DNA of 64,000 nt from Epiperipatus broadwayi (taxonomy: Eukaryota; Animalia; Onychophora): contig JAQFVV010000008.1 of assembly GCA_028023455.1 (NCBI GenBank), positions 1,612,001 through 1,676,000 of the forward strand, written 5' to 3'. Shown one piece after another: positions 55,425 through 64,000 of this stretch. Made by a program: the position numbers and the translations under genes. The number at the start of each line of letters is the position of its first letter. Within the stretch, counting starts at the first letter, position 1. Below the pieces are notes generated by a model. It saw nothing but the letters and a program-made list of their open reading frames with translations, had not been told where the DNA came from and did no database searches.

Positions 55425-56711
55425 AATATCCCATGCCTTTAACATATTAAGGTTATAAACCTATATGTTCATAACCCTTAGAAATATAACTCATTCATTC
55501 ATCTTGAGATTCACAGCTGTTACATATACATATATCTAAAACAAAGTTAGTTTATGAAGTACTCCTTACATTATAATCTTAATAAACATATATATAACTA
55601 CACCTCCATCTTCCTTAAACTACTAATACTTCAAAGGGGTAGCTATTTTTTGGATCCTATCCCTTATAAAATAATAATCATAAACTTTATTTAATGAGGT
55701 GGTCAGTTATTGGATTCTACCTTACATAAATAGTATTCATAGGATTATATCCTCCCTAGAGTCATCAATTTGGATCCTACCCTCTTAAATGAAATCTCTA
55801 TTTTTTTAATCATTTCTCTTCATAATACTTAAATGTAGAATATACTTAATTTAAAACAAAGACTCTAAACAAATCCATTGATATAATAAATTCATACATA
55901 TAAAAGTATATTTGAATGTGGGTTAATGTACTATGTTCATGACAATGCTGATCATATTTAAAATAATTAAATTAATTAAAAATTACAGTGAATGTAACAC
56001 TTTTTTTTTACCAGTCATTTATTCTATTTCTGAGGCATTGCACATATAGTGGAACATATTTTCCTCCTTATGTATGTACAGTGTATTTATTGCTATGACT
56101 ATTGTGCTCTTTCCATAATTCAATTAAAGTTTCATATATTATTAGGAAACCGGTTCCATTAAATAAGACTCTTTTAGATGTTTTGTTTTTGGTTAATACT
56201 AATCTATATTTGAAAGGAGATACCTTTTAAAAAAAAATATACATTTTAAATCAGTACTAATTTTTAAAAACTAATTCTATAAGAAGAGAGGAATATTTTT
56301 TTATATATTCTTTTAAAAACATTAAAATTAAATGTTAAGATAAATTAAACTGCTATGAAATTGCATCTTTTAAATCAGTTTAAAAGAAGAAAATAAAACA
56401 TATTCACTTTGTCTTAGTGTATATTAATTGATAATTTATACTAATTTGAAAACTAAATATTTATGTAATTAATTAACAATGTTAACTATGCAAACATATA
56501 TTACTTTTTTTTTTTTGGAGGTGAGAGTAAAAATAAAATTCTTAAAGTAAGTCTAAATTAGAAAGTTTTTAAAATCAAGTAATTCATATATATATATGGC
56601 CAACTATTTCTTTGCAAGAATTCTTTGAGCAATTCATTGTGAAGCTTCATAGTTCACTTTATAGTTTTCCTCAGAGACATTTTTTAAAAACAAAACTAAT
56701 ATATCACATAT
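55425..56711 (-). repeat. ~1.3-kb repeat, right arm of a long-range inverted pair
   Basis: See 39869-41179; moderately diverged, homology ends at matching points on both sides. Confidence 0.85.
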
Positions 56712-58192
56712 AAGCTTCCTTGACAGAGTGAAGCATTTCTTTTTCTGGCTTATAGTTTTATCCACTGAAAGTTGCTACATAAATCGTTTGTCATTTTTTA
56801 AGTTGCTTTGTGAATTGGAACTTTTTTAGAAAAACATATTCAAGTTAACAAATATTGTATCCAAGGTAGACCCTCAGGTAGTTGGTAGCTTTTTCTATTT
56901 CTTAATCATTAAAATTCATATTGACTTCATTAATGTTTAGCTTCAAAGAGCGAGATAGAATTTCTAAAGAAATTTAGATTTTATATGCTATGTGTGATCT
57001 CACTTGTTTTCAAACATTATATGCCTTAATTACATTTAATTACAAATAAAATTTATTTACTATAATTATTTACTTAATTTAATTCTTATCTTGAAGTGAA
57101 AGCTGTCTCCAAGATAAAACACAAAATACAATTTAAAATTAATTTTTTATGTCCTTTTTTTTATTAAATTAAGCCCAAAATGTAGTTGCTTTTTACTTTT
57201 AAGATCTATTTTTTTTTTTAAAAAATCTATTTTAATTGTTGTTTTTGAAGTAAGCACACATTTTATCATACATTTTTTGCTTATAATTTAAGTATATTTT
57301 CCCCTAGTTCTAAATTTTTCAATTTCTGATAAAAGTAGCTACATTATTTTATTCTGTAATATATAAAATATTCTTTAGTTTTTTTCTTTAAATCCTACAT
57401 ATTTTAATAATAAAACTTATCTATTACATTATTATTATTATTTTGTTTAGTACTCTAAAAGAATTTTATTGCTATACTATTGACTAATTCTCTCTTATAT
57501 GTAAAATCCATGAATGACCATAAAATAGATATGACATCATGTCTTTCAATATATATATGTATAAAATATATGTAAGTGTAAAGTTAAACAAAACAGTACT
57601 AATAATATGAAACATAGCTAGAGAGAACTTTTTATCTTGAATGCACTGTCACATTTAATGCAACATTGTATATATTAAAGCTATTAAACACAATAAAGAA
57701 AAATAAAATCATTTTAATTTTCAAGGTCTTGTGTGAACAATTAAACAGATTGTAATATCAAGTATGAAATTAAAATCAATGTAGATGTTTATGCAGTTTC
57801 ATTCAAATTGACCCATAATCCAATTTACAAAGTCAGAGATAATTGCTATTTATTTTAATAACTTATCAACAAGCAGCAAATTATCATATATGTAAATGCT
57901 GCTTAATTTAATCTTATAAATATAATAGCTTGTTTGTTATTAAAATGATTAGCTATCAATTCTGCCTTTATAAATAAGATTATAAACCAATTTGAATGAT
58001 ACTGCATGTACAGATCTATTGATTTAAATTTCATGTCCATATTTCATTTTTTATTTATTGTATCTAATATTTTCAACACTGGAGGGCATTGCACTTATTA
58101 TGGCAGTGTATTTAAGTTTGGAATTTAACTCAAACTATATTTCATATGTATATAAAATATATATTACATTCTGCTTATGAATGATTTCAGTA

Positions 58193-58400
58193 AACAAAGC
58201 AAAGCAAAACTCCATATAGTAGTGCCACTTGTGCTAAACAGAGTAATCAATGGATGCCAGAAGGCTTGTGCATAAAATCCCTATCTAATGCCTACTCATC
58301 CATTGATTACTCTGTTTAGCACAGGTGGCACTACTATATGGAGTTTTGCTTTGCTTTGTTTATAAACAATTATGTGCTAGTATTGGAGATGTGATCATGT
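58193..58400 (+). mobile_element. Miniature fold-back relative of the 5667-6688 element
   Basis: Shares AATCAATGGATGCCAGAAGGCTTGTGCATAAAATCCCTAT and AACAATTATGTGCTAGTAT with it; 65-bp inverted arms 58192-58256 / 58297-58361 with one mismatch; 13-bp direct repeat AATGATTTCAGTA at 58180-58192 and 58401-58413. Confidence 0.8.
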
Positions 58401-61400
58401 AATGATTTCAGTACATGGATTATTAGTAAATCTTTACATAATAGTGGTGATATATTAGTGAATTTAAAAAAAGCTTACTTTTGAACCCATAGATATTATT
58501 CCATATATGAAAGAATGGTCTAAATTTAGTCAACATTTAAAAATTTAAAATTAAAACAATTTTATATAGGCAAGAAATTTTGTGATTTTTAAAATAAGTG
58601 TAAAAAATAGATACGACTAGAACATTAAGAGATTATGAAATTTCATGTTTTGTTTGCCATAGATTTTAGATTATTGGAATAAATACATCTTATAATTGAA
58701 GAAACACATGAACTTTTGTGATTTACATAATATAAAAGAGACTCTAGATATTTCCAAAAGTCGTAACAGGTTAAATAAAAATGAACACAATACATTCTCG
58801 AAACCTTTTATTCAACCCCCCCACCCCCACCCCCATTTTCTCATAATAATTTTATTAAGTTAATTAACTAACAAACAATCTGAGACAATTTATTAGTTTA
58901 TTATAAACTTTGTTTGACTATGATTATTCAAAATTCTGAGAAGGAAAAAGGAAATGAAGAAGTATAAAGTAAATGGGAAAGTCCCTATTATTTTGAAATC
59001 AAACTTTCTTGATATATTAATTTGTTGAAATTGAATGAAACTTCATCAAAATATTATATTCTGAAGACTTGTGAAACCTTTACATTATTAAACTATAACA
59101 TTTAATTCCATTTCTTTTATGTAATAAAAATTTGTTTATTATTGCTTTACAGATAAATACTACAGTATTGAAAATAAAAGCAATCTATTAATTAATAAAT
59201 TAATTTGATCTTTGATAGACTATATTTGATCTATATTAATAATTGAAATAAAATGAAATTCTAGGATTTATAATGTTAATGATTTTTTTTCCAGATGTAA
59301 ATTTGGTTTGGAGAGTTTTTTCACCATTAAATAGCAAATCTAAAATGAAGTAATGCAACATTTTTTAACTGATATTAATGTGATTTATAAGCTATGATTA
59401 AGAACTATTACTGCTGAACAAACTGAAAATGACATGTTTATATAAATTATATTTGCCCGTATTCAATTTAATATTCTCAAAATATTAATGATAATAATTC
59501 TGTTATCATTTATGCTCATTGTAGAAGCTTTAAAGAAATAAGTAAACATAAGCTATCTAAAAGAAAGTGAAATTTTGCTTTTTAACTCATTTCTGCTCAT
59601 TATTGAAACCTTAAAGGAGTAACTGAAAGTAAGTTATTTAAAGCTATCATTGACTCATATTGACTGAGAAATTGTCATATCAAATTATAGTAAAATGCAA
59701 GACAATGATTCATTCTTATAAATAAAATGGAAATTTTAGATAAAAGTTTTATTTTTAGTTATTTTTAAAATCAAAAATTGAATTGAGTATCAGATTGAAG
59801 ATATTGCAATTGTCATAAACAATATAATGGTTTTGTTTCAACAGTGTAATATATATGCATCTGCTAAGTAGTTTTTAATTTTTTAAATCATAATTTTAAT
59901 AGTTAAACATTAAATAATGCACTAGTTATTTTTCAGATCATATGACTTTTGAACACCAAGATGATAGAATTTTGATTCCAAAAACCGTTAGTTCTAGAGT
60001 CATTTGCTAACACTGTGCATAATTACAGCTTTAATACTAATAGTAGTGGCAGCAGTAATAGTATTAATAGGAATAGATTCCTATGACTTTTTGCACCGAA
60101 CTAAGTTACTTGATAGTAAAAAAAAAGGAATGTAAACAAAGGAAGCAAAATCATGAATGAAAATAACCTGAGTATTATAGCATGATCAATGTGATTCAGA
60201 AAGAAGATATTTTTAGAATTAGACAAATGATATTTCTTAAACTGTTCTAATGAATCGAATGACAGTTTCTCAATAAAACAAAATCAATTACGTACTGTTT
60301 TTAAAAATTGAAAGACAATTAAACAACAATAAAAAAAATCATCTGATATTAAAATGTATGGAAATAAGATTGTAATACTATCATAAAAAAAAGATAATGA
60401 AATATAATTCTTACTAATAATTTAATTAAAGGTAAAATAACTCTCAATGGTATGCATAACCCAGAATTTGATCTAAATATAAGAAATTGCTCTAGGCGAC
60501 ATTTATGGTGATCTATAGGCATATGAAAAAAAAAACAACAACTATCGGTCACATATGAGCCCATGAACATCAATATTTGAAGGTGTAGATAAGAGTGAGG
60601 CCAATTTATATATTTTGATCTATATCCTGCAGAAACATAGAAAGTCTACATCCATTTCACATTTGGAATACTGGTGTGCAGAATTTTTGTGATAATTGAA
60701 TATCATTATAAAGAGTTATTTTCTGTCTAATACTTTTGTAGTAAGAGGATGTAATTCAAAAATATAATATGAAATAGCAGAATCATTTATAAAAGTATCA
60801 ATTTATAAATATATATATTTTGTATCAAAAGATATGAACTCATTAGTTGAGAAATCATTAATTTATGGAGATATAAAATATAGAACCTTTTTCTTCAATA
60901 AGTAATCCATCATAAAACTTGATAGCAATTTATATAAGTTGTAGATGTATACTATACGAGCTCGCTTCAAATATGCCTTATGCATCATTATGTAAGTCAT
61001 AATTATAAAGATTTAGGATATGGTATATGTAAATCAACTGAACATCTATTATTACATAAAGTAATAATTGATGTATCTATTGGTATTATAGTTAAGGAGA
61101 GGGAATCAAAATGTTCTTTGTCATATGGTTATCATTGTATTTCTATGAATAATAGGCTGAAATAGTTTGTCACTTTATGAAAGAACAAAATCAGCTGGAG
61201 AATAGTGATTCTAATAATGTATTGTATTTAAAAATCTCCACAGTCATTTAGTTATATTTTCTTCAGTGGAAAATATTTTACTTAAACCATTAACTTTTTT
61301 CAGAAATTGTGATTCTACATGAAATGATTGGCCATATATGTTTCTAATTTAACCAAGATTTATGTATAGTCACAGATTTTTTTAAAGATTAATCTCTTTT

Positions 61401-61941
61401 CTTCAGAGGAAACACTCAGTCTGTAAATATATAATTAATGGAGGGTCTCATCCTTTATCTCCCTGCAGTTGAGTTTATGGCTAATTTAGATTTGGAAAAA
61501 AATAATTTATATAAGAACAGGCTTCTTTTTACATTAAATATATGGAATTTCAGGCTTTATTCAAAAGAGAATATATATTTAAAAATTATGCCCATAATAA
61601 ATTTTGTTCAAAACTACAATATGACTTATAAACGAAAACTTATGGAGCAATAAAAATGTATCTCAAAATTTAACATTGTTAACTAAATAATAACTCCATC
61701 AAGGAATATTGATAAAGTAAACAATGATAGATAGTAACAATAAATCAGGAATATTGCTTTTGGTATCAGTGTAAAGCTTAAATCTTTTCAGTAATTAGCT
61801 TTGCTTGATTTTTGTCTGTTCTTTGTTTGTTAAATATGCTTTAGTATTGTTTAATATGTGCTGAATTTATTTATTACAATGATATATAATTAGATAAAAT
61901 ATTATAAATTTAATATAACATTTTTTTTTTTTTTGTTATAG

Positions 61942-62060
61942 CCCCATATGATCATTTATTAGCAGCCAACAGGTCTTATGCATATTTATCACAGGAAACA
62001 TATTCTGAAGCCTTGCAAGACTCAGAATTAGCAATTAAATTAAAACCTGACTGGTCAAAG
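61942..62060 (+). CDS. LONRF: Internal coding exon encoding a TPR motif, most similar to LON peptidase N-terminal domain and RING finger (LONRF) proteins
   Basis: Poly-T tract plus TAG acceptor at 61939-61941, GT donor at 62061; open frame (A)PYDHLLAANRSYAYLSQETYSEALQDSELAIKLKPDWSK. AP.DHLL..NRS and AL.D.E.A.KL.P match the LONRF TPR as I recall it; other TPR genes (TTC28, STIP1-like) are not excluded. Confidence 0.7.
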
Positions 62061-64000
62061 GTGATGTATATTTTTTTAATTTAGATATATTTTAAAATTA
62101 TGTAAGAGGAATTTTTAAAATTATAAAGATCATCTGAAAGTTTATGATAATGTTATTTTACATGTAATTATATATTGGAATATTATCTTTTACTTCCAAA
62201 AGCATTCAACACACAGTTTAATCTATAATATGTTTTGAGTAATATCATTCTTTACATGTTGTTGGACTGACCAGTGTTAGTACTAGATTGGGAAAGTAAC
62301 TATGACCTATAGATTTGTGAATATTAAATTTTAGATGTTGCTCCACCCAACTATGCTATTTTGTTAAAGGAAACAGTCAATAGAAATTTTATGTTTAGTT
62401 TTGAGAGTTTTCCTAATTTCTCAATTTTTTTTCTTTTTATGGGTATCCAAAAATAATTAAAAAAATATAAAATAATGATTAGAGAAGAAAAAAACAAATG
62501 TGTCTAAAGTAACAGATTATGCATATACCAAATAGCAGAGAGAGAGAGAGAGAAGTAAAAAGAAGAAAATTTAAAGTATCTGCTTATATGACAATGGCAA
62601 ATAACCCCATAAGTTAACCTGATATGATAATCCATAATGTTTGGAAATCATTAATTAATCTTGCCTTAATTAGAAAAAATGGAAATGTCGGTAAGATCCT
62701 CATAGATAATGCAAATGAAGTTTCTACTGACAGTTGTTTTTGACAGAATAGCCTAGTTGGCTAAAATATCACTTTAAAATTAATATTCCTAATAAAGGTC
62801 ACCAGGTAGATTCCCTTGTTGGTATTATCACTGATCAGGTCAGAAACATCTGAAGAAAATAAGATAATAATACTGTTCAAAACATATTATATATTAACCT
62901 GTATTAATTATTAACAATTGAATGTATTTGGAAAAATATAAATAATATTTGAATTTTTCTAAAAACATTTAATAATTAAACTAGATGATGGAAATAGTTC
63001 AAGGTTTATTTCATTCATTTAATTTTTAGAGTTAAAATCATGTAAGACAATAAATAAAAATATATATGCTGTAAAATATTTATAAGCTTTTTTAAGTCCT
63101 AAATCTTTCATCAGAAGTTAATGTAATATATCAACTTTTTTTTTTTTTGGCTTTTTAAAAGTTGATTTGTTTTTATTTAATTCATTTCAACTTTAACAAT
63201 TTTTTTTTTATATAGGAGAAGACTTGGAAAATTTAGTTAAGAATTTAGAGCAAGTTATTACATTTTGAAAATTTATAGGGCTGATTAAGTGCTAAAAGAG
63301 ACAATGAGAGAATTAAAAAAGGGAGCTAGTTAAAGGGTTTATCAGAATTGTAGTTGTGTATATAGCAAAATCCTGGACTATTACCCTGAAAGAACAAAAA
63401 AATAAATTTTTTTTTAACGATTTAGATGATGACAAAAGCTTTTTAAATAGTTATCCATTTTATTTTTAATCATTTAAAAAGAATATTAAACCATCTATTT
63501 TTTTTTTTTAATTTATAATTATAGTTTTCCATTTCTAAAGACTAAAAAAAAAATATTATTAGTATATATTAAAAATGCTTTATAAAGATTTTTTAAAATT
63601 GTTGGCAAAAATAATGTTGAGATATTGGATAATAGTGTTTTTCTGCCTATCAAATTATGATTAAATATTTGTTTTTTTTTTTTGAAAAAGTTAATTAAAA
63701 AGTTAATTTCTTAATGGTTGAAGTGGTTTGTGATTTAATGATTTGCATACTTATTGACCATACTCATGATCTGAAATTAAATTTAAATGAAATTTGTAAA
63801 TTTTTTTTTCAAGTTTCAAGCCAGCTTTTCAGTAGCTAGCTCATAACCAATCTAGCTATCCACCGATAAATGAGTATCTTACTATTCATAAGTTCAGATA
63901 AAACAAAGGAGGAAAAATTAAAAGCACTCATCACCTGATTAGCCTAGTCATGTTGCTGTCTTTTTTGAGTTTCTATTTAAAGGCTATTTTACCCACCTAT

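Noticed and set aside
62740-62825. tRNA-SINE-like A and B boxes (GCCTAGTTGG...GGTAGATTCC); similar B-box-like words at ~48535 and ~35386
   Set aside because: Boxes are degenerate, no cloverleaf, no second copy to confirm.

Overview
Very AT-rich animal (probably invertebrate) genomic DNA, almost entirely repeat-derived. Only one convincing host coding exon was found: a 119-nt TPR exon on the + strand at 61942-62060, LONRF-like, so much of the window may be intronic or upstream sequence. Recognisable mobile DNA: a decayed RTE LINE (1.4-3.3 kb), decayed Ty3/Gypsy gag-pol (9.0-12.8 kb), a young non-autonomous LTR element with 1.4-kb LTRs (13948-17465), a Helitron Rep/helicase fragment (24.7-27.3 kb), a Penelope-like RT relic (27.3-28.0 kb), weaker hAT-like and Gypsy relics, and a 5'-truncated CR1/L2-group LINE with an open RT frame sandwiched between two very long trinucleotide arrays (50.6-53.5 kb). 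The most striking unannotated layer is a set of short non-coding insertions carrying type I hammerhead-ribozyme motifs from three unrelated sequence families (5.65-6.70 kb, 10.0-10.5 kb, 28.0-28.2 kb), plus a ribozyme-less relative of the first at 58.2-58.4 kb. Two of these are fold-back palindromes bounded by exact 13-14 bp target-site duplications and invert at the same position, which fits Penelope pseudo-LTR/retrozyme-type mobilisation. All homology calls were made by eye from translated motifs; no searches, alignments or folding were run, and coordinates of decayed relics are approximate.
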